From an uncultured Bacteroidales bacterium (lineage in GTDB: Bacteria > Bacteroidota > Bacteroidia > Bacteroidales > UBA932), in assembly GCA_900316795.1 (NCBI GenBank), contig ONEF01000015.1, forward strand, positions 40,519-64,518: a stretch of 24,000 bases of DNA, given 5' to 3'. The translations under genes and the position numbers were made by a program. The number at the start of each line of letters is the position of its first letter. The first letter of the stretch is position 1. Positions 1-9,640 of this stretch are shown here, piece after piece. Under the pieces are notes generated by a model. It searched no databases. It was not told the DNA's origin and saw only the letters and a list, made by a program, of their open reading frames with translations.

Positions 1-154
1 GAATGAATCCGACATAAGGCCCGGTCAGGATACCAGCTACGATATATCCCAGCACCAGAGGCTGCTTGAGAGCCTTGAAAATAATTGTCACGACTCCGGC
101 CACCACAAGAATAAGGGCCAGATCCAAAAGCATCGGATTGATTGTCTCTGCCAT
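1..154 (-). CDS. Cation:proton antiporter (Kef/Na+-H+ exchanger family), N-terminal 51 codons only; the gene continues past the window start
   Basis: Minus-strand ATG at 152-154 overlaps the pgi stop by 1 nt (TAATG). My own translation is MAETINPMLLDLALILVVAGVVTIIFKALKQPLVLGYIVAGILTGPYVGFI, two hydrophobic helices with the GYI(V/L)AG(I/L)LxGP pattern typical of the family's N-terminus. Confidence 0.55.
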   Translation of the reverse strand, partial: MAETINPMLLDLALILVVAGVVTIIFKALKQPLVLGYIVAGILTGPYVGFI

Positions 155-1458
155 TACTTGTCCTGATAGCCCGGTCTGCCCAGAAGTTTGTAAAGATTGT
201 TTTTGTACACCTCCACGGCAGGCTGGTCAAACGGATTGACTCCCAGCATATAAGCAGACAAGGCGCAGGAAAATTCAAAGAAGTAGAACAACTGTCCCAT
301 ATTCCATTCGTCTATCTTTTCCAGCACCAGGTATATGTTTGGAACATTGCCGCTGGTATGAGCCAGCCTGGTTCCCTTTTCCGCCATATAGTTGATGTCC
401 TCCAGAGTTCTTCCTACCAGATAATCAAGACCGTCAAGATTGTCTGTGGACTTGGGGACTATGACTTCCACTTCCTTGCTGCCGGCAAGGATAGATGTCT
501 CAAACATTATCCTCTCTCCATCCTGGATATACTGGCCAACGGAATGAAGGTCGGTGGTAAAGTCCAGGGTCGCAGGGAAGAGGCCCTTGAGGTCTTTCCC
601 TTCGCTTTCCGCAAAGAGCTGCTTGAGCCACTCTCCAAGGTACTTCAGCTTCGGATGATAGTTGACGAAAACTTCTATCTTCTTGCCGCTGCGATACATA
701 AGGTTCCTGTATGCGGCATATATCATGGCCGGGTTATCCTCTGATTTTTTCATCAGACATTCCCTCGCCTCCCTGGCTCCTCCTATGAAACGCTCTATGT
801 CAAAGCCTGCAACTGCTATAGGCAGAAGTCCAACGGCTGTCAGTACCGAGTATCTTCCTCCCACATTTGAAGGAACGCTGAGAGAGACATATCCGTACTT
901 CTCGCTCATGGCACGAAGCGCTCCGTTGGAGCTGTCTGTAACCGTCACGATCCTCCTCCTGGTATCTTCCGCCCCGAATCTTTTCAGCATGTTCATCCTC
1001 AAGATCCTGAAGGCCAATGCAGGTTCTATCGTAGTTCCAGACTTTGAAATCACTATCAGTCCATAGGATTTCTTCTTCAGGTAACTCAACAGATCGGACA
1101 TATAGTCCTCTGACAATGAGTAACCTGCAAACACAATATGGGGTGAGTTTCTTTCTCCGGCAGAGGCAAAACTGTGAGAGAAAGCCTCAAGAGCGCATTT
1201 AGCTCCGAGGAAGGACCCTCCTATACCTATCACCACAACTACATCCAGTGTCCCCAGCCACCGGTTGGCTATCATCCTGCAGTCCGAAATCAGAGTGTCA
1301 GACATAGAAACCGGCAGATCCAGCCAGCCGGTCATGTTGCCTCCGGCTCCTTTTCCGGAAACCAAAGTATCAAAAGCCTCGGCAGCATCCGCCTTAGCCT
1401 TTTTCAAGTCTTCAGGAGCCACGAACGGCTCTATCATCTCTGTGTTGAGTTTGAGCAT
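154..1458 (-). CDS. pgi: Glucose-6-phosphate isomerase
   Basis: 434-aa ORF with a SIS-fold layout. Recognisable PGI stretches include IGIGGSFLGA, GGRYSVLTAVGLLP, FAESEGKD and NPFDQPAVE. Confidence 0.95.
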   Translation of the reverse strand: MLKLNTEMIEPFVAPEDLKKAKADAAEAFDTLVSGKGAGGNMTGWLDLPVSMSDTLISDCRMIANRWLGTLDVVVVIGIGGSFLGAKCALEAFSHSFASAGERNSPHIVFAGYSLSEDYMSDLLSYLKKKSYGLIVISKSGTTIEPALAFRILRMNMLKRFGAEDTRRRIVTVTDSSNGALRAMSEKYGYVSLSVPSNVGGRYSVLTAVGLLPIAVAGFDIERFIGGAREARECLMKKSEDNPAMIYAAYRNLMYRSGKKIEVFVNYHPKLKYLGEWLKQLFAESEGKDLKGLFPATLDFTTDLHSVGQYIQDGERIMFETSILAGSKEVEVIVPKSTDNLDGLDYLVGRTLEDINYMAEKGTRLAHTSGNVPNIYLVLEKIDEWNMGQLFYFFEFSCALSAYMLGVNPFDQPAVEVYKNNLYKLLGRPGYQDK

Positions 1459-1471
1459 AACCGTCTAATTC

Positions 1472-2479
1472 TCAATATAATTTATCGCTGAGTCTTTTCA
1501 TGACATAAGCAGGATACCTGTCTTCATAGAGTATATCATGAACCGCCTCAGCGATCGGCATATCCACTCCGAATCTTTTGTTTATCCTGTTGATGGCGTC
1601 TGAGGCATAATAACCCTCCGCCACCATATTCATTTCCACCTGGGCGTTCTTGACCGAATATCCCTTCCCGATCATGCTGCCGAACGTACGGTTACGGCTG
1701 AACTGGCTGTAACCTGTCACCAGAAGGTCTCCAAGGTATGGAGAAGACAGCACGTTGCGTTTTTTGTCCGGATGGGATGCGTTCAAAAAGTCAGTCATCT
1801 CCTTGAAGGAACTGGTAATCAGCACAGACAGGAAATTGTCTCCGTAACCCAGTCCGTGGGCGATTCCGGCTGCTATGGCGTAAATGTTCTTCAGTGCCGC
1901 AGAATACTCCACCCCATAAATATCCGTTCCAGGCATAGCTTTCACATAATCACACTCGAAGAAATCGCACAGGGCCTTGGCTGAAGAAATATGCTTGGAT
2001 GTAAACGTGAGGTAGGAAAGCCTTTCCATACCCACTTCCTCAGCGTGGCAAGGCCCGCTTACAACCCCTATCCTGTCATAAGGGATACCGTGAACCTGGT
2101 TGAAATACTCAGCGATGGTCCGGTCTCCTGCAAAACCCTTGATGGCAGAAACAATGAACTTGCCGTCCAAAGACACGGTGAGCCTGTCCATAACTCCGAG
2201 AAAATAAGCGCTTGGTATGCAGAATACCAGCACGTCAGCCTCCTGTACTATCTCATTTATGTCTGTGCTCATGTGCAGGCGGTCCGGCTCAAGGATTACG
2301 GAACTCAGATAGACCTTGTTGCGGCGATTCTTCATCACCCTGTCTATGTTCTTCTGGTCCCTGATGAACCACCCGATCTTTTTCTGATGGTTCATCAGCA
2401 GCTTCACAAGAGCCGTGGCCCAGCTTCCGCTACCCACCATCGCAAACTTCAAGTTACGTTTTTCAAGAATCGTATCCAT
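1472..2479 (-). CDS. gpsA: NAD(P)H-dependent glycerol-3-phosphate dehydrogenase
   Basis: 335-aa ORF with N-terminal Rossmann motif VGSGSWATAL. It shows GpsA-like blocks (SGPCHAEEV, LKNIYAIAAGI, NRTFG). It lies 13 bp upstream of pgi and 3 bp downstream of rnhA. Confidence 0.94.
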   Translation of the reverse strand: MDTILEKRNLKFAMVGSGSWATALVKLLMNHQKKIGWFIRDQKNIDRVMKNRRNKVYLSSVILEPDRLHMSTDINEIVQEADVLVFCIPSAYFLGVMDRLTVSLDGKFIVSAIKGFAGDRTIAEYFNQVHGIPYDRIGVVSGPCHAEEVGMERLSYLTFTSKHISSAKALCDFFECDYVKAMPGTDIYGVEYSAALKNIYAIAAGIAHGLGYGDNFLSVLITSSFKEMTDFLNASHPDKKRNVLSSPYLGDLLVTGYSQFSRNRTFGSMIGKGYSVKNAQVEMNMVAEGYYASDAINRINKRFGVDMPIAEAVHDILYEDRYPAYVMKRLSDKLY

Positions 2480-2482
2480 AGC

Positions 2483-2956
2483 CTATTTAATTGCTTCTGA
2501 ATTTGAGGAATAAGCGGTAGCCTGGGCAAATGCCAAGGCATCGCACCTTTCGTTTTCCGGATGCCCGGCATGACCTTTCAGCCAATGGAAATGGAGGTCG
2601 AAACCACGGGAATATTCCAGATACTCCCTCCAGAGTTCCTCATTCTTTTTTTTCTTTCTCTGCTTGTCCCTGAAGTCATTGGCCACCCAGTCTTCAAGCC
2701 ATCCCTTTTCAATGGCGTTGACCACATAGGAAGAATCAGACCAGATGTGTACTGTGGCATTCTTCCATCTGATAGCCTTCAGCCCTTCTATCACAGCCGT
2801 AAGTTCCATGCGGTTGTTGGTGGTTGAAGCCGAGCCTCCGCTCAGTTCTTTTCTGAGCTCTCCGCAAACAAGCACCACGCCCCATCCACCAGGCCCAGGA
2901 TTCCCCCTTGAGGAACCGTCTGTGTAAAGATATATAGGCGGATGTTCAGCTTTCAT
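2483..2956 (-). CDS. rnhA: Ribonuclease HI
   Basis: 157-aa ORF with the RNase H type 1 pattern: YTDGSSRGNPGPGGWG, NNRMELTA, SDSSYV, WLKGHAGHPENERCD. Confidence 0.93.
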   Translation of the reverse strand: MKAEHPPIYLYTDGSSRGNPGPGGWGVVLVCGELRKELSGGSASTTNNRMELTAVIEGLKAIRWKNATVHIWSDSSYVVNAIEKGWLEDWVANDFRDKQRKKKKNEELWREYLEYSRGFDLHFHWLKGHAGHPENERCDALAFAQATAYSSNSEAIK

Positions 2957-2958
2957 GG

Positions 2959-4044
2959 CTACTGTTCTTCAGAAACCTGAGCCCTCCGGTTATCCTCCTG
3001 GGCAGGAATCTGGGTTTTCATCGGATTGGAGTGTATCTCCTTGTATCTTTCCCGGCTGCGGTAAATGTCTATGGCAAGGTATATTGCGCTCAGCATGGAA
3101 CGAGGGTTGGCCTTGTTCTGTCCGGCAATGTCGAATGCCGTGCCATGGTCAGGAGAAGTCCTCACCACCGGAAGACCGGCCGTATAGTTGACGCCTGTAT
3201 CGAACGACAGTGTCTTGAACGGTATCAGGCCCTGGTCATGGTACATTGTAAGGACAGCGTCATACTTCCCTTGAAGCGTAGCGGCAAAGAACCCGTCCGG
3301 AGGGAACGGGCCGAATGTTTCTATCCCTTCTGATGCGGCCTCCTTTATGGCCGGGATGATAACCTCCTGCTCCTCGCTTCCCAGAAGGCCGCGGTCTCCG
3401 GCGTGAGGGTTCAGACCCAGTACCGCAATCTTAGGCCTTTCAATGCAGAAATCCTCCTTCAAGGACTGGTTCATCAGCCTCAACTTACTCATGATCACCT
3501 CTTTGTTTATAGAAGCGGAAACATCCTTAAGGGGTATGTGCATAGTTACCACGCCAACCCTCAAAGAATCAGAGCACATGAACATAAGGCCGTCCTTGGC
3601 TCCAAAGGTCTCTATCAGATAACCGGTATGCCCTGCATATTTGAAGTGTTCCAGGGTAACTCCCTTCTTGCTGAAAGGAGCTGTCACTATTGCATCGAGA
3701 TAACCGGCTTTGGCTTCACTTACAGCTCTCTCCAAAGACGCGATGGCAGCCTTGGCGCTCTCGTGGGTAAGCTTGCCCGGCTCTATGGGCAGGTCGTCCG
3801 TAACGCAGTTCACTATGTTCACCCGCTTTGGATGAGCATCCCGGGCGGAGTTGACCAGATTGGTGTTGATGTTTTCAGTTTCCGGAATCTGCTTGCGGTA
3901 ATAACCGAAAGCCTTGGAAGATCCATATACGACCGGAGTAAACAGCTCAAGCACATTGGCGTTGGAAAGAGCCTTGATTATCACTTCATACCCTATGCCG
4001 TTGCTGTCTCCCTGAGTAATTCCTATTACAAGTTTCTGTTTCAT
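2959..4044 (-). CDS. pdxA: 4-hydroxythreonine-4-phosphate dehydrogenase
   Basis: 361-aa ORF with PdxA-family blocks ITQGDSNGIGYEV, LGLNPHAGD, YHDQGL and TSPDHGTAFDIAG. First gene of the minus-strand operon. Confidence 0.92.
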   Translation of the reverse strand: MKQKLVIGITQGDSNGIGYEVIIKALSNANVLELFTPVVYGSSKAFGYYRKQIPETENINTNLVNSARDAHPKRVNIVNCVTDDLPIEPGKLTHESAKAAIASLERAVSEAKAGYLDAIVTAPFSKKGVTLEHFKYAGHTGYLIETFGAKDGLMFMCSDSLRVGVVTMHIPLKDVSASINKEVIMSKLRLMNQSLKEDFCIERPKIAVLGLNPHAGDRGLLGSEEQEVIIPAIKEAASEGIETFGPFPPDGFFAATLQGKYDAVLTMYHDQGLIPFKTLSFDTGVNYTAGLPVVRTSPDHGTAFDIAGQNKANPRSMLSAIYLAIDIYRSRERYKEIHSNPMKTQIPAQEDNRRAQVSEEQ

Positions 4045-4141
4045 AACAAATTATTAATGGTAACACGGGTATATGTACCCTAATCGGTGCAATTTACAAA
4101 AAATCTCGCTATGTGCGTAACTCTTTTTGCGGCAATGCTAT

Positions 4142-4149
4142 TATCTTTG
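4142..4149 (+). promoter_or_regulatory. Candidate Bacteroides-type -7 promoter box (TATCTTTG) for recG
   Basis: Exact match to the published Bacteroides -7 consensus TAnnTTTG, 25 nt upstream of the ATG at 4174. It lies downstream of the GTG at 4087 used by the ORF track. Confidence 0.4.
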
Positions 4150-4173
4150 CAATGGAGCATCATCGCTGAGACT

Positions 4174-6354
4174 ATGACAGATATCCTTGACACCGACATA
4201 AAATACCTTCCCGGAATAGGACCTAAAAGAGCAGAGCTGCTTTCCAAGGAGATTGGAGTGCATACGTTCAGGGATATGCTTTACTATTTCCCTTTCCGAT
4301 GGATAGACAAGAGCAAGGTTTATCCGATTTCCAGCATCGCAGGAGACGATATGCCTGATGGTGAAGACACCCCTTCTTCTTCCTATGTCCAGGTAAGGGG
4401 GATAGTCACAAAGAAAGAAACCGCAGGTATGACCGGCGGAAGGGTTGCCAGAGGCAAGAGCCGCCTGATTGTCACCTTGCAGGATGCCACAGCAAGTATC
4501 GAGATGGTGTTTTTCAGCGGCTTGAAGTGGATCAACGAAAAACTGGAACAAGGTCAGGAATACATAGCCTTCGGAAAGCCTACCGTATTCAACGGGCATG
4601 TGAATCTTGTGCATCCTGAAGTTTACCGCCCCTCGGAAGCAGCCACTTACGGAACTGGATCAATGGCAGGCATTTACTCCATAACAGAAAGGATGAAGAA
4701 CGGAGGGTTCGGCATAAAGGCCATAACCAAAGTGGAAAGTGTCCTGCTGGAGAAGGTAAAGGGTCACATCAAGGAGACTCTTCCTCCCGGCATCATCCGT
4801 GACAAAGGACTCTGCTCCTTGGAAACAGCGCTTGTGAACATCCATTTCCCTTCCGGACAGAGAGAACTTGAAGAAGCCCAGAGAAGACTGAAGTTTGAAG
4901 AGCTGTTCTACCTGCAGCTCAGCCTGCTGAAGCAGAAAAACGCCAGGCTTTCCAAAGGCACAGGCATAATGATGACCAGGGTCGGAGACAATTTCAACCG
5001 TTGCTATCAGTCTCTGCCATACCCGCTTACAAATGCGCAGAAGCGGGTAATTAAGGAGATGAGGGAAGATATGCGGAGCGGAAAGCAGATGAACCGCCTC
5101 CTGCAGGGAGATGTCGGATCCGGCAAAACCCTGGTTGCGGTCCTGCTCTCGCTGATTGCTGTTGACAACGGCTACCAGGCCTGCATAATGGCCCCTACGG
5201 AAGTTCTTGCCAACCAGCATCTTGCCAGCATATCCAAGTTTCTCAAAGCCACGGATGCCAAAGTGGCTCTTCTTACCGGAAGCACAAAGGCAAAGGACAG
5301 GAAGCAGATTCTCAGCGACCTTTCCGACGGCACCATAAACATCATAGTGGGAACCCACGCCTTGATTGAAGACAGGGTGAAGTTCCACTCCCTGGGACTG
5401 GCAATCATTGATGAACAGCACCGCTTCGGAGTTGACCAGAGAAGCCGCCTGTGGAGCAAGAACGACGACTCCCTGGGGCAAACCCCTCTTCTTCCGCACA
5501 TAATGGTAATGACTGCCACCCCTATCCCAAGGACTTTAGCCATGACGCTGTACGGAGACCTGGATGTCAGCATCATAGACGAACTGCCTCCAGGCAGGAC
5601 ACCGGTTGTCACCCAGCATGCCTGGGAGAGCCAGAGAAGGCAGGTTTTCGATTTCATGAAAGCGCAGATAGATTCAGGGCGACAGGTCTTTGTGGTTTAT
5701 CCTCTGATAAAGGAAAGCGAAAAGATGGACTACGAGAATCTGGAAGAAGGATATTTGCGCATCGTGGAGGAGTTCAAGGCCCCTGAATACATAACTGCCG
5801 TGGTACACGGCAAGATGAAACCGGAAGACAAAGACATAGACATGCAGCTGTTCGCGTCCGGCAGAGCTGACATCCTTGTAGCTACCAGCGTCATAGAAGT
5901 TGGTGTTGATGTGCCTAACGCTTCCGTGATGGTCATAGAGAGCGCAGAGAGATTCGGCCTCAGCCAACTTCACCAGCTCCGCGGAAGGGTTGGAAGAGGA
6001 GCGGCAAAGAGCTACTGCATCCTGATGAGCGGATACAAGTTGAGCAAAGAAAGCCGGAAACGTCTGGAACTGATGTGCAAGACCACCGACGGGTTCCTGC
6101 TTGCTGAAGAAGACATGAAGATGAGAGGCCCTGGAGATCTGGAAGGCACATCCCAAAGCGGCCTGGCCATTGACCTGCATATTTCCTCCCTTTATCGCGA
6201 TGGAAGGTACCTTGAATCCGCCCGCCGGACCGCCCTGGATATTCTGGATAAGGACCCTCTCCTGCAATCAGCTGAGAACCACCTGTTGACTGAGCAGCTC
6301 AGGATTTTGCGCAAAGAAGGAAAAGACGTCAAAGACTACTCTTCAATCAGCTGA
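4174..6354 (+). CDS. recG: ATP-dependent DNA helicase RecG
   Basis: Wedge-domain N-terminal region followed by SF2 motifs GDVGSGKT, DEQHRFG, TATPIPRTL and QLRGRVGRG. I moved the start to ATG 4174 (MTDILDTDIKYLPG...). The 29 upstream codons are hydrophobic non-RecG sequence and contain the candidate promoter. Confidence 0.93.
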   Translation: MTDILDTDIKYLPGIGPKRAELLSKEIGVHTFRDMLYYFPFRWIDKSKVYPISSIAGDDMPDGEDTPSSSYVQVRGIVTKKETAGMTGGRVARGKSRLIVTLQDATASIEMVFFSGLKWINEKLEQGQEYIAFGKPTVFNGHVNLVHPEVYRPSEAATYGTGSMAGIYSITERMKNGGFGIKAITKVESVLLEKVKGHIKETLPPGIIRDKGLCSLETALVNIHFPSGQRELEEAQRRLKFEELFYLQLSLLKQKNARLSKGTGIMMTRVGDNFNRCYQSLPYPLTNAQKRVIKEMREDMRSGKQMNRLLQGDVGSGKTLVAVLLSLIAVDNGYQACIMAPTEVLANQHLASISKFLKATDAKVALLTGSTKAKDRKQILSDLSDGTINIIVGTHALIEDRVKFHSLGLAIIDEQHRFGVDQRSRLWSKNDDSLGQTPLLPHIMVMTATPIPRTLAMTLYGDLDVSIIDELPPGRTPVVTQHAWESQRRQVFDFMKAQIDSGRQVFVVYPLIKESEKMDYENLEEGYLRIVEEFKAPEYITAVVHGKMKPEDKDIDMQLFASGRADILVATSVIEVGVDVPNASVMVIESAERFGLSQLHQLRGRVGRGAAKSYCILMSGYKLSKESRKRLELMCKTTDGFLLAEEDMKMRGPGDLEGTSQSGLAIDLHISSLYRDGRYLESARRTALDILDKDPLLQSAENHLLTEQLRILRKEGKDVKDYSSIS

Positions 6355-6388
6355 GCCCATTTTTTTGGGTATTTTCAAAACAGATTCT

Positions 6389-6396
6389 TAAATTTG
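6389..6396 (+). promoter_or_regulatory. Candidate -7 promoter box (TAAATTTG) for the 6427-12267 operon
   Basis: Exact TAnnTTTG match 30 nt upstream of ATG 6427. It is the only sizeable intergenic gap before six tightly spaced genes. Confidence 0.4.
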
Positions 6397-6426
6397 TAAG
6401 AATATTTCCCGCAAACAGAAAGAGGT

Positions 6427-7074
6427 ATGAATACTAAAGAACAATTTGTGATCACAATCGCCCGTGAAATTGGATCCGGAGGACGCACCGTCGGCCGCAA
6501 ACTTGCTGAAAAACTTGGAGTCAGATACTCTGACAAAGAACTTATCAGAGCACTGAGAGAAAAGTTCGACCTTACAACCTATGGAATCGAGAAACTGAAA
6601 GCAGAAAAGAAAAGCTGGCTGGCAGACCTGATAAACAAGGTTGCCCCGGTCCCTAAACCGGAAATGCTCATGGATACCGACAAGAAGTTTACCCAGAGCC
6701 TCCGTTCAGAAGCCACCACAGACGCGGTGTTCAAAGCAGAGACTGAGATCCTGAAGGCAATCGCGGAGGAAAGTTCATGCGTCATTGCCGGCAGAAGCGG
6801 ATTCTTTGTGCTCAACGGGCATCCTAACAAACTTGACATCTTCATTACCGCTTCAAAGCCTAACCGCATCAAGAGGGTTGTCAGAAAACAGCACCTGACA
6901 GAAACCGAGGCGGAAACAATCATAGATTCAGTGGATGAAGGCCGTGACAACTACGTAAAACGCTACACGGGCAAAAGCCGCTATGATGCAAGGAACTACG
7001 ATATCGTTCTCAATGCAGACGGCCACACTGAACAGCAGCTTGTCGATATCATCCTTTCATACATTAAAGAATAA
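6427..7074 (+). CDS. Cytidylate-kinase-like family P-loop protein (function unknown)
   Basis: 215 aa. The N-terminus ITIAREIGSGGRTVGRKLAEKLGVRYSDKELI matches the pattern of the Cytidylate_kin2-type family (degenerate P-loop GSGG). The stop overlaps the next start by 1 nt (TAATG at 7072-7076). Confidence 0.75.
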   Translation: MNTKEQFVITIAREIGSGGRTVGRKLAEKLGVRYSDKELIRALREKFDLTTYGIEKLKAEKKSWLADLINKVAPVPKPEMLMDTDKKFTQSLRSEATTDAVFKAETEILKAIAEESSCVIAGRSGFFVLNGHPNKLDIFITASKPNRIKRVVRKQHLTETEAETIIDSVDEGRDNYVKRYTGKSRYDARNYDIVLNADGHTEQQLVDIILSYIKE

Positions 7075-8195
7075 TGGACCCAACCGTCAGCATGGATTCC
7101 CACTGCCAGGCAATAATCCAGGAATTCAGAGACAACCTTCCCGTTTTCAAGAAAGTCAGTTTTGAGATCAAAGACCTTCTTGAAAAGATGATTTCAGGCT
7201 GCGGCAAGGTTCATACAAATCTTGAAAACCAGCTCAAGGCCAAAGATCTGACGGGAGCCGGCATTCACGTGGCTTCCATTGAGTCAAGGGTAAAGGCAGA
7301 AGAGTCCCTTGCCGGTAAACTGGAACGCAAAGGCAATAAATACAAGTCTTTGGCAGACATCACGGACATCATCGGCCTGAGGGTGATAACCTTCTACATA
7401 GATGACGTGGACAAGGTGGCATCCGCCATTGAAAAGCTGTTTGAGATAGACTGGGAAAACTCCGTGGACAAGAGAAAGCTGCACCAGATAGACAGTTTCG
7501 GTTACCTCTCACTGCATTATATCTGCAAACTTCAAGACTTCCCGTACAGATTTGAGATCCAGTTGCGTACAGTTCTCCAGCATGCCTGGGCCAACATGGA
7601 TCACGATACGGGCTACAAGTCAGGGGTGGAGATACCGATGCAATACAGGAGAGCCATGAACCGTCTGGCTGGAATGCTGGAATTAATTGACGATGAGTTC
7701 AGCAAGATGCGTTCAGAGCTGACTGATTACAGAAGGAGCGTCCACAATCTGGTAGCATCCGGAAAACTGGACGAAGTCCCTCTTGACGGAGACACTTTCA
7801 GGAGTTATCTGGAACTCAAGCCTTTCGACAATCTCAACCGCCGGATAGCGTCCATGAACCAAGCTGAGATCCAGTCGGTCTCACTGATGAACTATCTGGC
7901 TATTTTCAAGGGATTGGGTTGCAAGACACTCGGAGACATAGACAAAATCATAAAGAAGTATTTTGAAGCAGCATACCAGATAGCCTGTTACCAGCTTGGG
8001 CTTACGGACCTTGACGTCATATCAGCTTCCCTGGGGCCTCAGAATCTCTGCATCGCCTACGTGTTGAAGAACGACGGCGGGAAGGCTGGTGTGCGGTACC
8101 TTTATGAACTGATTAACGGAACTTCCAACGGCAGCGAAATATGGGCCGAAATGATTATGGACCAAGCCCGCGATCTTCCTTTCATGAACAAGTAG
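7074..8195 (+). CDS. RelA/SpoT-domain small alarmone synthetase (SAS) with an unassigned C-terminal domain of about 170 aa
   Basis: 373 aa with all five synthetase blocks visible: SRVKAEESLAGKLERK, DIIGLRVITFY, FGYLSLHY, EIQLRTVLQHAWA and HDTGYK. I cannot assign residues from about 205 to 373 to any family. Confidence 0.85.
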   Translation: MDPTVSMDSHCQAIIQEFRDNLPVFKKVSFEIKDLLEKMISGCGKVHTNLENQLKAKDLTGAGIHVASIESRVKAEESLAGKLERKGNKYKSLADITDIIGLRVITFYIDDVDKVASAIEKLFEIDWENSVDKRKLHQIDSFGYLSLHYICKLQDFPYRFEIQLRTVLQHAWANMDHDTGYKSGVEIPMQYRRAMNRLAGMLELIDDEFSKMRSELTDYRRSVHNLVASGKLDEVPLDGDTFRSYLELKPFDNLNRRIASMNQAEIQSVSLMNYLAIFKGLGCKTLGDIDKIIKKYFEAAYQIACYQLGLTDLDVISASLGPQNLCIAYVLKNDGGKAGVRYLYELINGTSNGSEIWAEMIMDQARDLPFMNK

Positions 8196-8199
8196 AACT

Positions 8200-8790
8200 A
8201 TGGCAAACAAACCTCTCGATACAAAACTGCTGGACAAGGCAATCATCTTCGCCGTAAAGGCTCACGCCGGAACGGAGAGAAGAGGAAAAGGCTTTCCTTA
8301 CATCGTGCATCCGATGGAGGCTGTAGAAATTGTCTCCACGATGACCTCAGACCAGGAACTCCTTGCCGCCGCTGCCCTCCACGACACCGTGGAAGACACT
8401 TATGTCACAATAGACCTCATACGGAAAGTGTTCGGAGACCGCATAGCAGACATCGTGGAAGCTGAAAGTGACAAAGGGGTAAACGACAAAAGCGCTGAAG
8501 CCAGCTGGCATGAACGCAAGAAGGCTGCCATAGACAGGCTGGCCAAGGCTCCTTTTGACGCTAAATTGGTGGCGCTGGGAGACAAGCTCTCCAACATGAG
8601 GGCAATCGCACGGGATTATTCCATAAGAGGAGATGAACTGTGGAAAATATTCCACACCAACGACCGCAAAGACCACGAATGGCACTACAGGGGCCTGGCG
8701 GAATCGCTGAGAGAACTTGAAGACACTTTTGCTTACAAAGAGTTCGTAACCTTGATAGACCAGGTTTTCGGAAAGAGCCATGACACTTAA
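8200..8790 (+). CDS. HD-domain (p)ppGpp-hydrolase-like small alarmone hydrolase (SAH, Mesh1/SpoT-hydrolase type)
   Basis: 196 aa. It carries KAHAGTERRGKGFPYIVHPMEAV followed by AAALHDTVEDT (the H...HD...D metal site of the RSH hydrolase domain). It starts 4 nt after the SAS stop. Confidence 0.85.
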   Translation: MANKPLDTKLLDKAIIFAVKAHAGTERRGKGFPYIVHPMEAVEIVSTMTSDQELLAAAALHDTVEDTYVTIDLIRKVFGDRIADIVEAESDKGVNDKSAEASWHERKKAAIDRLAKAPFDAKLVALGDKLSNMRAIARDYSIRGDELWKIFHTNDRKDHEWHYRGLAESLRELEDTFAYKEFVTLIDQVFGKSHDT

Positions 8791-9640
8791 AACAAACAAT
8801 AAAAAACAGATGGATCCTATCAGAATATCCCTAGACGACTATACCCTTTCCGGCGGCGGCGCCAACGGGGAGAGCTATGACAACAAGACAGACCCTTCTG
8901 TGATGCTGAAACTTTACTTTCCCGGCATGATAGAACAGCCTCTGAACGAAATGCTGCTTGCCAGGAAAGTATATGACCTTGGCATACCTACCCCAAAGCC
9001 AGGAGATTACGTCATTACCGAAGACGGGCGCTACGGTATCCGTTTCCACAAGATAGAAGGTAAGGTTTCATATTCCAAGGCAACCAGCCTGCATCCTGAA
9101 AATGTGGGGCAATATGCCTCGGAGTTCGCCCGTATGTGCCTGGACCTGCACTCGATGCATATAGACACATCGCTGTTTGAAAGCGTAAAGAAACGCTACT
9201 TCAAGCTTCTGGAAGACAACCCGTTCTTCACTCCAAAAGAAAAGGACAAGATAGGAAAGTTCATCGCTGACACTCCTGACGAAGACACCCCTATCCACGG
9301 AGATCTCCAGTACAGCAATGCCATCTTTGCAGGAGACAAACGTTATTTCATAGACTTGGGAGATTTCTCCTGGGGGAACCACCTGTTTGACGTTGCAATG
9401 GTATATCTTTGCTGCTATCTCAGCGATCCTGCATTCATACTGGAAACCTACCATCTGCAGAAACCTTTGGCAATGAAGTTCTGGGACTGCTTTGCACCGG
9501 TTTATTTCGGCTCCGGCGTTCCATTGAAAGATATCGAAGAAATGATTATGCCTTATGCCGGCCTCAAGACACTTATCATTGAAAGAAACACACGCCGGCC
9601 TATGCCAGAATTCAGGGCTGCACTAAAAAGCATATTATGA
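8780..9640 (+). CDS. Phosphotransferase, aminoglycoside/choline-kinase (APH) fold
   Basis: 286 aa with kinase catalytic loop IHGDLQYSN and metal-binding FIDLGDF. The start is either ATG 8780 (11-nt overlap with the SAH gene) or ATG 8810. The stop overlaps the next start (ATGA at 9637-9640). Confidence 0.8.
   Translation: MTLKTNNKKQMDPIRISLDDYTLSGGGANGESYDNKTDPSVMLKLYFPGMIEQPLNEMLLARKVYDLGIPTPKPGDYVITEDGRYGIRFHKIEGKVSYSKATSLHPENVGQYASEFARMCLDLHSMHIDTSLFESVKKRYFKLLEDNPFFTPKEKDKIGKFIADTPDEDTPIHGDLQYSNAIFAGDKRYFIDLGDFSWGNHLFDVAMVYLCCYLSDPAFILETYHLQKPLAMKFWDCFAPVYFGSGVPLKDIEEMIMPYAGLKTLIIERNTRRPMPEFRAALKSIL

Noticed and set aside
4087-4173. GTG start at 4087 for recG, which would add a hydrophobic 29-aa extension
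   Set aside because: The extension is not RecG-like. The candidate promoter box (4142-4149) lies inside it, and the ATG at 4174 gives the usual RecG N-terminus.
6427-9640. Calling the APH-fold gene an aminoglycoside-resistance determinant
   Set aside because: Only the generic kinase catalytic loop is recognisable. Its position inside a nucleotide-signalling operon argues against a resistance cassette, and the substrate cannot be inferred from sequence alone.
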